A stretch of DNA of 64,000 nt from an uncultured Clostridium sp. (GTDB lineage: Bacteria; Bacillota; Clostridia; TANB77; CAG-508), in NCBI GenBank assembly GCA_948436975.1, contig CAOJJB010000001.1, forward strand, positions 80,095 to 144,094, read 5' to 3'. Below, piece after piece: positions 17,146 through 27,300 of this stretch; within the stretch, counting starts at the first letter, position 1, and the number at the start of each line of letters is the position of its first letter. A model generated the notes under the pieces. That model had not been told where the DNA came from. It saw nothing but the letters and a program-made list of their open reading frames with translations, and did no database searches. A program made the translations under genes and the position numbers.

Positions 17146-18120
17146 ATGAAAACAGAACAAAAATTATCAATTAAGATAATTAGAAAAATCGTTTTTGTAA
17201 GTATTATTTTAATTTGCTTGTTAACAATAGGAGTAAAAGCTTCAAAATCTCAAGTAAACTATGTAACAATAGTTTTTCCAGAAGATTATGAAATAACTGT
17301 TATGACATCAAGTGTTTTAGTATCTGATATTTTATCAGAAAATCATATAATAGTTTTACCAGATGAAACCGTATATCCAAAAGAAGAAGATAAAATAGAT
17401 TTCACTAAAACTATTACTATAGCTAAAGCCACAGAAGAAAAGAAAATAATAGCAGAAGAAGTAGAAAGTGTTACAACAGAAGAGTTGCTAGGTAAGTATG
17501 TAACAGTAACAGAGAAGATTATTGTAGAGCAAGCAGAAATACCTTATGAAACAATAACCAAGGATGTATCTACTCAAGGAACTGAAACTAAAGATTCAGT
17601 TCTTCAAGAAGGTCAAAATGGTTTAAAAGAAACTAAATATAAGGTCAAATATCAAGATGAAGAAGAGATAGAAAGAATAATTATCTCAGAAACAATTTTA
17701 AAAGAACCAGTAAATAAAATAATTCAAATTTCTACAAAAATTGTTTCGAGATCTAAAAATAGAAATATGTCATATTCAGCTGACACTTTACAAGCAAGTG
17801 TTGCAGGAATGACACCAAAAGTTTCAACATTAAATACATCAGCATATTGCTCATGTGCAAGATGTACAGGAAAAACAAATGGGATAACTAGTTCTGGAGC
17901 TAGAGCAAAAGAATGGTATACAGTAGCAGCAGGTAGTGGATATCCAATAGGCACAGTAATATATGTTCCAGCTTTAGCAAATAAACCAAATGGTGGATGG
18001 TTTGTTGTTGAAGATAGAGGTGGAGCAATATCTAATAACAGAATAGATATTTATATGGGATCACATGCTTCAGCAATAGCTTTTGGAAGAAGAAATTTGG
18101 AGTGTTATATATATCAATAA
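17146..18120 (+). CDS. YabE-like cell-wall protein with DUF348-like, G5 and 3D (MltA/RlpA-like double-psi barrel) domains
   Basis: The start is set at the ATG at 17146, after GAGGAGGAG. The protein has a TM anchor. The G5-like segment is EIPYETITKDVSTQGTETKDSVLQEGQNGLKETKYKVKYQDEEE. The C-terminal 3D-domain motifs are YCSCARCTGKTNGITSSG...VAAGSGYPIGTVIYVP...FVVEDRGGAI..NRIDIYM. Confidence 0.8.
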   Translation: MKTEQKLSIKIIRKIVFVSIILICLLTIGVKASKSQVNYVTIVFPEDYEITVMTSSVLVSDILSENHIIVLPDETVYPKEEDKIDFTKTITIAKATEEKKIIAEEVESVTTEELLGKYVTVTEKIIVEQAEIPYETITKDVSTQGTETKDSVLQEGQNGLKETKYKVKYQDEEEIERIIISETILKEPVNKIIQISTKIVSRSKNRNMSYSADTLQASVAGMTPKVSTLNTSAYCSCARCTGKTNGITSSGARAKEWYTVAAGSGYPIGTVIYVPALANKPNGGWFVVEDRGGAISNNRIDIYMGSHASAIAFGRRNLECYIYQ

Positions 18121-18121
18121 A

Positions 18122-18165
18122 CAAAAAAGCAGTATAGTTTTAAATCTATACTGCTTTTTTGTTTT
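18122..18165 (+). terminator. Rho-independent terminator
   Basis: gcagtatag (18129..18137) pairs with ctatactgc (18146..18154). A-run and T-run flanks extend the stem, and TTTTTT follows. Confidence 0.85.
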
Positions 18166-18209
18166 AGAATAATGTAAATTAATATACAAATTTTATGTAT
18201 AAATTTTTC

Positions 18210-18238
18210 TTGACATATCTTTTTAGATGTAGTATTAT
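18210..18238 (+). promoter_or_regulatory. Sigma-A-type promoter upstream of comM
   Basis: TTGACA (18210..18215), a 17-nt spacer, then TATTAT (18233..18238). Confidence 0.6.
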
Positions 18239-18360
18239 AGTCAAAATTAAATAATAAATATTTATTAAATTTAAAATCTTAGGCATTCGCCAAAATTTTT
18301 CAAATCAAAATTAAAATTGAATAATTAATTTAATAGCTTCAAAGGAAAGGAGTGTTATTA

Positions 18361-19878
18361 ATGTTATCTATTGTAAAAAGTATAGTTTTACAAGGATTAG
18401 ATGGCATATTAATAAATGTTGAAACAGACATTTCATCAGGTATGCCATGTTGGGATGTAGTTGGATTACCAGATATTAATATTAAAGAATCAAAAGAAAG
18501 AGTAAGAACAGCTATAAAAAATTGCGGAATAAATCTGTTAAGTAGAAAATATATTATAAATTTATCACCAGCTTCAGTAAAAAAAACAGGAGCTAGCTTA
18601 GATCTAGCAATTGCTGTTGGAATTTTATGTTCTATGAATGTTATAAAACATAAGCATTTAGATAAATGTATTTTTATAGGAGAACTTTCATTAGATGGTA
18701 GATTAAATAAGGTAAATGGTATTTTGCCAATATGTGTTGAAGCAATAAAAAATGGAATTAATGAAGTTATATTGCCAAAAGAAAATGCAAAAGAGGCAGC
18801 AATAGTTAAAGAACTTAGAGTTATAGGAGTTAATAATTTAAAAGAAGTAATTAGCTATTTAAATAAAAAAATAGAAATACTTCCAGAAGAAATTAATATT
18901 AATAATGTATTTAAAGAGGTTAAAACTTCTACTATAGATTTTTCAGAAGTTAAAGGTCAAAAAATAATAAAAAGAGCTTTAGAAGTAGCAGCAGCTGGCG
19001 GACACAATTGTTTATTAATAGGAAGTCCTGGATCTGGAAAAACAATGATGGCAAGGAGAATTCCTACAATATTACCAAACTTAACATTTCGAGAATCATT
19101 AGAAATAACTAAAATTCATAGTATATCAGGAATATTAAGTGGTGAAAGTTTAGTTACCCAAAGACCGTTTAGAAGTCCACATCATACGATTACAGAAAAA
19201 GCTTTAGTAGGGGGAGGTAAAATACCAAAACCAGGAGAAGTTAGTTTAGCACATTTAGGAGTTCTATTTTTAGATGAACTATTAGAATTTAATAAAAATA
19301 CATTAGAAGTTTTAAGAATTCCCATGGAAGATGGAAAAATAAATATTAGTAGAGTAGGTATGAATATATCATATCCTTGTAATTTTATGCTAGTAGCTAG
19401 TATGAATCCATGTCCATGTGGATACTATGGAAGTAAAGAAAAACAATGTATATGTACAGAAATTCAAAGAAAAGCATATAAATCAAAACTTAGTGGACCA
19501 ATGTTAGATAGATTTGATATACATATAAAAGTACCTTCAATAAAATATAAAGATATAAATAAAAATAAAACACAAACCTCTGAAGAAATAAAAAATAATG
19601 TAAATAATGCTAGAAAGATACAACAAGAAAGATACAGAGAATATTCAATATTTTCAAATTCTGAATTGTCCCCAAAACTAATAGAAAAATATTGTAATTT
19701 AGAAAATAATGCAAAAGAAAAGTTAAAAATATATTTTGAAAAAATGAAACTGAGTTCAAGATCGTACTTTAAAATTTTAAAAGTTGCAAGAACAATAGCA
19801 GATTTAGAAAATAAAGATAAAATACAAGTACAACATATTTTAGAAGCTATACAGTACAGAAGCTTAGATAAAGTATAG
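18361..19878 (+). CDS. comM: YifB/ComM family Mg-chelatase-like AAA+ ATPase
   Basis: The start is set at the ATG at 18361, after AAGGAG. The N-terminal Lon-protease-like segment is LDLAIAVGIL. Walker A is GSPGSGKT. Also present are GVLFLDEL, the Cys cluster NPCPCGYYGSKEKQCIC and DRFDIHI. Confidence 0.9.
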   Translation: MLSIVKSIVLQGLDGILINVETDISSGMPCWDVVGLPDINIKESKERVRTAIKNCGINLLSRKYIINLSPASVKKTGASLDLAIAVGILCSMNVIKHKHLDKCIFIGELSLDGRLNKVNGILPICVEAIKNGINEVILPKENAKEAAIVKELRVIGVNNLKEVISYLNKKIEILPEEININNVFKEVKTSTIDFSEVKGQKIIKRALEVAAAGGHNCLLIGSPGSGKTMMARRIPTILPNLTFRESLEITKIHSISGILSGESLVTQRPFRSPHHTITEKALVGGGKIPKPGEVSLAHLGVLFLDELLEFNKNTLEVLRIPMEDGKINISRVGMNISYPCNFMLVASMNPCPCGYYGSKEKQCICTEIQRKAYKSKLSGPMLDRFDIHIKVPSIKYKDINKNKTQTSEEIKNNVNNARKIQQERYREYSIFSNSELSPKLIEKYCNLENNAKEKLKIYFEKMKLSSRSYFKILKVARTIADLENKDKIQVQHILEAIQYRSLDKV

Positions 19879-19890
19879 GAAAGAGGAATT

Positions 19891-20745
19891 ATGAAGTATC
19901 AAATAATTAATAAAATAGATTTTCCAAATAAATTGAAAAGAATAAAAAATGCACCTGAAAGAATATATGCAATTGGAAATATAGATATATTATATGAATC
20001 TTCTTTTGCAGTTGTTGGTAGTAGAAATGTAAGTGAATATGGAATTAAGAATTGTAAATTTTTTACAAAAGAATTAGTTTTGAGGAATATTCCCATAGTT
20101 AGTGGTATGGCTATTGGAACGGATACTGTTGCACATAGAACAGCTTTAGAAAATAACGGAAAAACAATAGCAGTTTTAGGAAGTGGATTTAATAATATTT
20201 TTCCAAAAGAAAATATAGAATTATTCTATAAAATTATAAGTAATAATGGTTTAGTTATTACAGAATACGAAGAATATGTGAAACCAGAAAAAGCAAATTT
20301 TCCAAAACGAAATAGAATAATAACAGCAATATCAGAAGGAACTTTAGTAATTGAGGCTGCTTATAGAAGTGGAACAAGTATAACAGCAAATAATGCTAGA
20401 GAACAAGGTAAGAAGGTATTTGCACTTCCAGGAAAGCTTGATAGTTATTTAGGAGTAGGAGTTAATAATCTAATTAAAAAAGGAGCAATTTTAACTACAA
20501 AAATAGAAGATATAATATATAGTTATCCACAATTTATGGATAGAAAGAGGATAAATTCAAATGTAAATATTAAAAGTGAATATTTACAAATATATAATGC
20601 AATACAAAATGAAGGACAAACACTAGATGAATTATTAATAGAAACTGAGTTAGAATTTAAACAGTTAATAGAGTTAATTTATAATATGGAATTAGAAGAA
20701 ATTATTTATGAAGATATAGATGGAAGATATAAAGTAAATAATTGA
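19891..20745 (+). CDS. dprA: DNA-processing protein DprA (Smf)
   Basis: Contains AVVGSRNVSEYG, VSGMAIGTDTVAHRTAL, IAVLGSGFNNIFPKEN and FPKRNRIITAISEGTLVIEAAYRSGT, the canonical DprA Rossmann-fold motifs. Confidence 0.9.
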   Translation: MKYQIINKIDFPNKLKRIKNAPERIYAIGNIDILYESSFAVVGSRNVSEYGIKNCKFFTKELVLRNIPIVSGMAIGTDTVAHRTALENNGKTIAVLGSGFNNIFPKENIELFYKIISNNGLVITEYEEYVKPEKANFPKRNRIITAISEGTLVIEAAYRSGTSITANNAREQGKKVFALPGKLDSYLGVGVNNLIKKGAILTTKIEDIIYSYPQFMDRKRINSNVNIKSEYLQIYNAIQNEGQTLDELLIETELEFKQLIELIYNMELEEIIYEDIDGRYKVNN

Positions 20746-20758
20746 AAGGAGAGTAAAT

Positions 20759-21121
20759 ATAAAACAAAGTTATAATAAAGAACTGGGTGATTATGGAGAA
20801 AGAATAGCAGTAAGTTATTTGGAAAAATTAGGCTATTTTGTATTAGAAAGAAATTTTGTAAGTAAAAGTGGAGAGATAGATATTATAGCAAAATATAAAG
20901 AAGAATATGTATTTGTAGAAGTAAAATATAGAAAGTCATGTTTATATGGTTATGCTTCTGAATCAGTAAATTTAAATAAGAAAAAACACATTTTGAAATG
21001 TAGTGAATACTTCATTTATAAGAACAATTTGAATTATAAACCTATTAGATTTGATGTTATTGAGATTTATGTAAGGAGAGGAAATATTGTTATAAATCAT
21101 ATAAAAAATGCTTTCTTTTAA
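20759..21121 (+). CDS. yraN: YraN family (UPF0102) endonuclease-like protein; the 5' end probably lies upstream of the track start, at a non-ATG codon
   Basis: The track ORF starts at TTG 20819 (MEKLGYFVLERNF...GEIDIIAK...FVEVKYR). The frame is open back to 20738 and encodes (I)KQSYNKELGDYGERIAVSY, which matches the conserved YraN N-terminus (G..GE..A..YL). The only plausible starts are ATA at 20759 (6 nt after AAAGGAGAG), or ATT/ATA at 20741/20738. Confidence 0.6.
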   Translation: MKQSYNKELGDYGERIAVSYLEKLGYFVLERNFVSKSGEIDIIAKYKEEYVFVEVKYRKSCLYGYASESVNLNKKKHILKCSEYFIYKNNLNYKPIRFDVIEIYVRRGNIVINHIKNAFF

Positions 21122-21284
21122 AAGCCTACGCAATAAGATATTATAGGATTTTTTTAGATTATAAATTATTTTTTGTAAAAAATGTAATTAAAAAGATATT
21201 AAAAAGATAAAAAAAGAACATAACTTAAAAAAACACTTTCCGAAAGGAGTTAGAAGATGCTTTTTTTATTGGAAAATATAGGTA

Positions 21285-21312
21285 TTGAATTGAAAAAAAA
21301 TATATTTATAAT
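21285..21312 (+). promoter_or_regulatory. Candidate sigma-A promoter of the 3864-aa gene, with an A8 tract in the spacer
   Basis: TTGAAT (21285..21290), a 16-nt spacer tgaaaaaaaatatatt, then TATAAT (21307..21312). AGGAG lies at about 21359 and the ATG at 21371. Confidence 0.5.
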
Positions 21313-21370
21313 TAATAAGTAAGTAGAATAGGATTAAAATACTATAATTTTATTAAGTTAGGAGAAACAA

Positions 21371-24300
21371 ATGAAGAGGAAAAAAAATATGCTAAAAAGA
21401 ATATTAGTAATAGCATTTTTATTAAGTATATTATCTAATCACTTAATGATTTTAGGTGAGGTAGCTAATATTGCTTTGGCAACAGATGTTGAGTGGAAAT
21501 CAGATTTTACAAGTGATATAAATACTGATAATTCACAAGAAAAAAATATTGAAGAAGAGGGGGAAAAATCTGACAGTTCTGAAGAAATCTTAGAAGAACC
21601 TAATAATACTGTTTCAGATGATATACCTGAAAATGAAGTAATTGTAGAAGATACAACTTCAGAGGAAAATGAAAAATCAGATGAAAGTATTCAAGATAAA
21701 ACACTTACAGAAGATGAAATAAAGAAACTTCAAGAAATTAAAGTTGATACTGAATTAGAAGTCAATAAAGTTATTAGATTTGATAATGAAGTTGAAAAAG
21801 GTGTTTTAGCAGATGTAATACTTAAATTTAATATTGATACAAAAGAATTTACTATCGATAATATGAATATCAATTTTGAACTTCCAAATATATTAGGAAT
21901 ATTGCCAAATAAATTTAAATTTGAAGAAATGTCTGATAATATAAGTTTTTCAAGAGAAGATGGTACAAATAGAATATCTTTAAATGCGAAAGATGTTTTA
22001 AATAATAATGAAGAAGTTAGATTAATTTTGGTTTATTCAGAAGATGCTTTTGATGGAAAAGAAATAAAAATTCTTGGAGATGTAATATTAGAAAAAGCAG
22101 GATATCCTATAAATCAAAGTTTTGAAGCAAATAAAGAATTACCAGATAGTACTGAAATCTTTGCAACTTATGGAATAAAATCAGAAAATGCTAGTAAATA
22201 TAAAGGTTATTTGTATGCAAATACTGTGTTAGAAAATAAAAAAGATTTTCCTTATACAATAGTTGATGTAATAGATATTAAAGATAAAGACTTTATAGAC
22301 GAAATTATAGTAGAAAATAACATAGATAAAATAGTATTAGATACAAAGGAAATAGATTTAATTAATTTAGTTACATATAAGTCTACTTCAATAAATGTTG
22401 AGGAATTTAACTCTATATTAGGAGAAGATGGATATATAGAAATATATAACCAATTAAATGAAAAAATTGGTGAAATTAATAAAGAAACTCAAATAAGAAA
22501 TAATAGTTATGTATTTGATTATAGTGTTGATGTAGATAGAGTAACTTTTAAAATTAAAAATATTAAAGAAAATCAAACTTTAAATATTAAAAATGAAAAG
22601 ATAATTAAGGGTACAGATACATTTTCAAGAGATTATGTAAAATCATTTAAAACAATAAAATCACAGACTATAAATAAGGTAGCAAAAATTATTGATGATA
22701 ATGAAGTTGTAGTACAAAGTATTAATACAGAGAATAATATAAATTTAGAAGAAACTGAATCAAAAATGACATTAGAAATGAGTACAAAAGATTTGATTAC
22801 AACTGATACAAATGAAGTAACATTTACTACTGTTTTAAAAAATAATGAAGAGGCTTATGAATTATTTAGAAATCCAGTGATTTCTATTGAATTACCAGAA
22901 GCGGTGGAAAGTGCAGAAATTAAAAATGTTAATTTATTATATAAGAATGGTTTATCATTAGAAAATTGGAACGTTATAAAAAATGAACATGGTTTAAATG
23001 AAATACAGGTTGCTTTATCTGGAACACAAAATGAATATGAACCAGGTACATTAATCGAAGGAACAACAGTATTAGTTACAGCTGATTTACATTTAAATAA
23101 AATTACAGCTAATGGAAAGAGTACAGTAAAACTTAGATATACAAATGAAATAGGAACTAATATTTCTTATGCAGTAGTTGGTAAGAATAGTGAAGATATT
23201 GAAGTTAATTATGTTTCAAGAAGTGGTATATTAAAGGAAACTAAATTAGAAAACTTTAATAAAGAAAATGAAGTTTTAGTAGGATATGATGATCAATCAA
23301 TAATAGGAAAAATAGACACAGATACTGTAGCTAAAACAGCAAAAGTTTCAACAGTAATAATGAATAATTATAATAATGATATAAGAAATGTTGAAATAGT
23401 AGGTAAAATACCATTTGTTGGTAATACAAAAGATGGAGTAGATTTAAATACAACATTTAATACAAGTCTTGCTGATAAAATTGATCTAAATGGATTAGTT
23501 GGAAAAGTATATTATTCTTATGAAGAAGATCCAGATAGAGTTAATGGAAATTGGATGGAAACTGTTAATGATTTTTCGCAAGTAAAGAGCTTTAAAGTTA
23601 TTTTAAATAATTCTAGTATGAAGGTTGGAGAACAAGTAGAGGTTTCATATAACTTAAATATTCCAGAAAATGTTGGATATAATGAAACTGCATATAATTT
23701 GTTTACAACTTACTATAATTTAAATAATGAGGAAATATCAGATTCTTCTATTGTTGGATTAGAAACAGAGGTTAAAGATATTCAAATTGAAGATTGCCAA
23801 GTAGTAGAGGAAACACCTGAATTAACTATAGGAACACAAGTTACAAGAGCAGGAACAGCATTAGAGGAGAACGAAGAAGTAAATGAAGGGCAGATTTTAA
23901 GATATAATGTAGTAGTAACAAATAAATCTAATAAACCAATAACAAATATTAATTTAAAGGGGTTAGCGGAAAATACTAATAGCTATTATTGGCATACATT
24001 TACTATAACAAGTAGTACAGATGGTGAGGAAACTTTAACAGGAGAATGGAAAGAGGATTTAGAAGGTAAACATTTATATGAAGAGTTAAAAATAGAAACT
24101 TTAGCTCCTGGTGAAACAGCTAATTTTGAATATCAAGTAAAAGTAAAACATTTAAATGAGATTAAAAATCCAGAGATATATGGAAAAGTTTTAATTTCAG
24201 CTGATGGCATAGAAGAAAAAGAATATAATACTATTAAAAATAAGATAAGAAAAGCAAAAATAGAATTAAGTGTAACAAGAAATGGTCATGAAAATGCTAA

Positions 24301-27300
24301 TTTAATGATAATTAATTCCAATGATATGTACAATTTAACAGCAACAGTAAAGAATATTTCTGGTATGGATTTGAAAGATGTAAAAGTAAATGTTATGTTA
24401 CCAGAATTAATTGAGTATAGTTCAACTGAAACAGAAATTTATAACATGAATAATTCAGCTATAATAACATCTGAAAATATTTCAACAGGAACAATGGTTA
24501 CTTTTTCTTTACCAACAATGACAAAAGATGAAATCATAAAACTTAATATTGCTGCTAATACAGGCAGTATAGACCTAAATTTGAGTGAAACTACTGTAAC
24601 AGTTATAGGAAATGCAAATATTGATGGACAGTTATATTTAAGTAATGACTATACAAGAACTGTTACTCAAAGTGAAACAAGTTTTAAGATAAATTATACA
24701 TCAAATCCTGAAAATGGTTCAATAGTGAAACATGGAGATGAGATTTTATATAATATTGAGATTCAAAATGTAGGTTTTGCATCTGCGCTTCTTGATTTTA
24801 CAGATTTTCTGCCATTTGGATTAAATATCAATAGTGCTATAGTGAGTTTTCCAAATGGACGACAAGAGAATTTGGAAATTACAGAATATAATTATTTTAT
24901 GGTAGACTATATATTAAAACCACAAGAAAGTGTAATTATAAATGTAAGTAGTAATGTTAATATAGAGGATTTGAGAACAAATCAGAAAACAATAGAAAAT
25001 AGACTTGAACTAGAGCCAACAGCTAATGTAAATGATATAGAAGATATTATATTTTATATAGATCCAAGTCAACTAATTCCAGATGAAGAAGATAATAATG
25101 TAAATAATGATGATAATATTCCTTCAGATGATGATAATATAGAAGAACCAGATTTTCCTTTAGATGAGGATAATGAAAACAAAGAAGATAATAATCAAAC
25201 AGAGGAAGATAATAATATTAATGAAGAAATAAATAATAATACACAAGATAATGATGTAAAAGATGACACAAAAGGTGATATAGAAAATAATATAATACAA
25301 GATGATACAAATGATACTGTAAAAGACAATGAATCAGAACTAGATTTCTTTATTGATAATAAAGAAAATATTAATAAAGATAGAGTAGAAGAAACAGTAA
25401 ATTCAATAAAATATTCAATTTCAGGAAAAGCATGGTTAGATGATAATAAAGATGGTTTGTATGACAATGAAGAATTATTGAAAAATACAACAGTAATGTT
25501 ATTTAAGATTGATAGTTTAAGTTATGCAAATGTAAAAGATTCAAATTTGATTAATAAAATTAGTACAAATGATGATGGGGAATATATATTTAATAATTTA
25601 GAAGAGGGTAAATATGTTGTAGCTTTTGAGTATGATAGTGTTAAATATGAAGTTACAACTTATCAAACAAATGAAAAATCAGCCTCAAAGAATTCTAAAG
25701 TAATTTCGAAAGAATTAGTAATAAATAATGATAAACGATTGTACGCTGTATCAGATATAATTGATATTTCAAATAAAAACATTATAAATATAAACATGGG
25801 ACTTAAAGAAAAATCTGATTTTGATATGGGAATTACGACTTATGTAAAAAAAGTAACAATAGAAAATCAAAAGGGTATACAAACTGAAGAATTTTGTGAA
25901 ACTGATAGAATTGCTAAAATTGAAATTCCATCAAAACAATTAAATGCATCTAAGGTACAAATAGAGTATATAGTAAAAGTAACTAATAATGGTAAAATGG
26001 CAGGATATGTAAATCAAATTGCTAATTATATACCTAAAGGATTAAATTTTGATAATTCTCAAAATTTGAATTGGCAATTAGGACAAGATGGTGTTTTATA
26101 TAGTTCATCACTAAACAAAGTTTTGATAGATCCAGGTGATTCAAAAGAAATAGTTTTAATATTAACTAAAGCTATGAATGAAAATAGTACAGGTATTTAT
26201 AAAAATATAGCAGAAATTGTAGAAGCGACAAATGATTTACAATTAGAGGATTATAATCAAAATAATAATAGTTCAACAGTAGAATTATTATTAAGTATAA
26301 AAACAGGTGCTATATATTATATATTAGTTATAATAATTGCGTTAGCAATAGCTTTTATTGCAATGCTTATAGTAAGTAAATTAATTAAAAATGATAGAAC
26401 TAAAATTAATTTTATTAATAAAATTATTATAGTAGTTTCATTAATAGTTATTATTTCACTTTGTATAATAATAAAAGTATATGGAGCAGATTATACAATA
26501 GGTACTACTGATGGTAATTTTATATCATGTTGGCCTATTACAAAATTTATTACACATAATTTTCAATTAAAACAAACAGTGGGACTTAATGAGGTAAATA
26601 CAGATTATTGGAATGTAAAAACAGATATGTGTATAGCTGGTGCAGATATTAGTGGTCTATCAGCTTCAACATCGCGTTATATTGCTAGTATTACAGATAT
26701 AAGGAACAAGACTCAATTTACTACTAAATCTATCAAAGGATCAAAAACAAATAAGACACCAGCAGCAGCGAGATTAGCATATTTAAGTTATGTTGCTGAA
26801 ACAGGAAAAAAATATGATGGTAGTACTTATAGTTCAGATATAGCTTTAGGAGCTTATAAAAGTATGTTTACTGTATATTGGTGGTATGATAGAGCAGGTT
26901 TAGATAAAGTATTTAATGTAACTTTTTCAGGTAATCCTCAAGTAGAATATGAAGGTAATATACCATCAGCAAATGCTTTTTTAGAAGATGCTAAAACATA
27001 TGCAAACAACTTAACAGCAGCTGGTACAGTAAGTAATACTACAAATAAAACAAAATTAGAATATGTATCTAGCAAAGATGCTTTTGGGCCTATTAAATGT
27101 AAATTTCCAAATAATGCTGTTTTACAGATAGCAAAAGATGGTAGAAATTTTACTAATTATAGTGGTAAAATAAAAAACAGTAGTGGAGCAGAGGTAAATT
27201 ATAACAGTACAAACTTTAAAAACTTTAATGATAAAAATTTTTATATACCAATGTCTGAGTTAAAAAATGTAGATTTAACAAAAGTGAAAATAAGAATTAA

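Noticed and set aside
16174-18360. The track start codons 16174 (htpX), 17131 (3D protein) and 18352 (comM)
   Set aside because: Each overlaps or precedes the obvious Shine-Dalgarno. The downstream ATGs at 16192, 17146 and 18361 have canonical RBS spacing.
26380-26480. A separate internal translation start for the second half of the 3864-aa ORF
   Set aside because: There is no in-frame ATG, GTG or TTG with a Shine-Dalgarno in the junction. The only nearby ATG (aaaaATGatag) is out of frame and stops after 13 codons.
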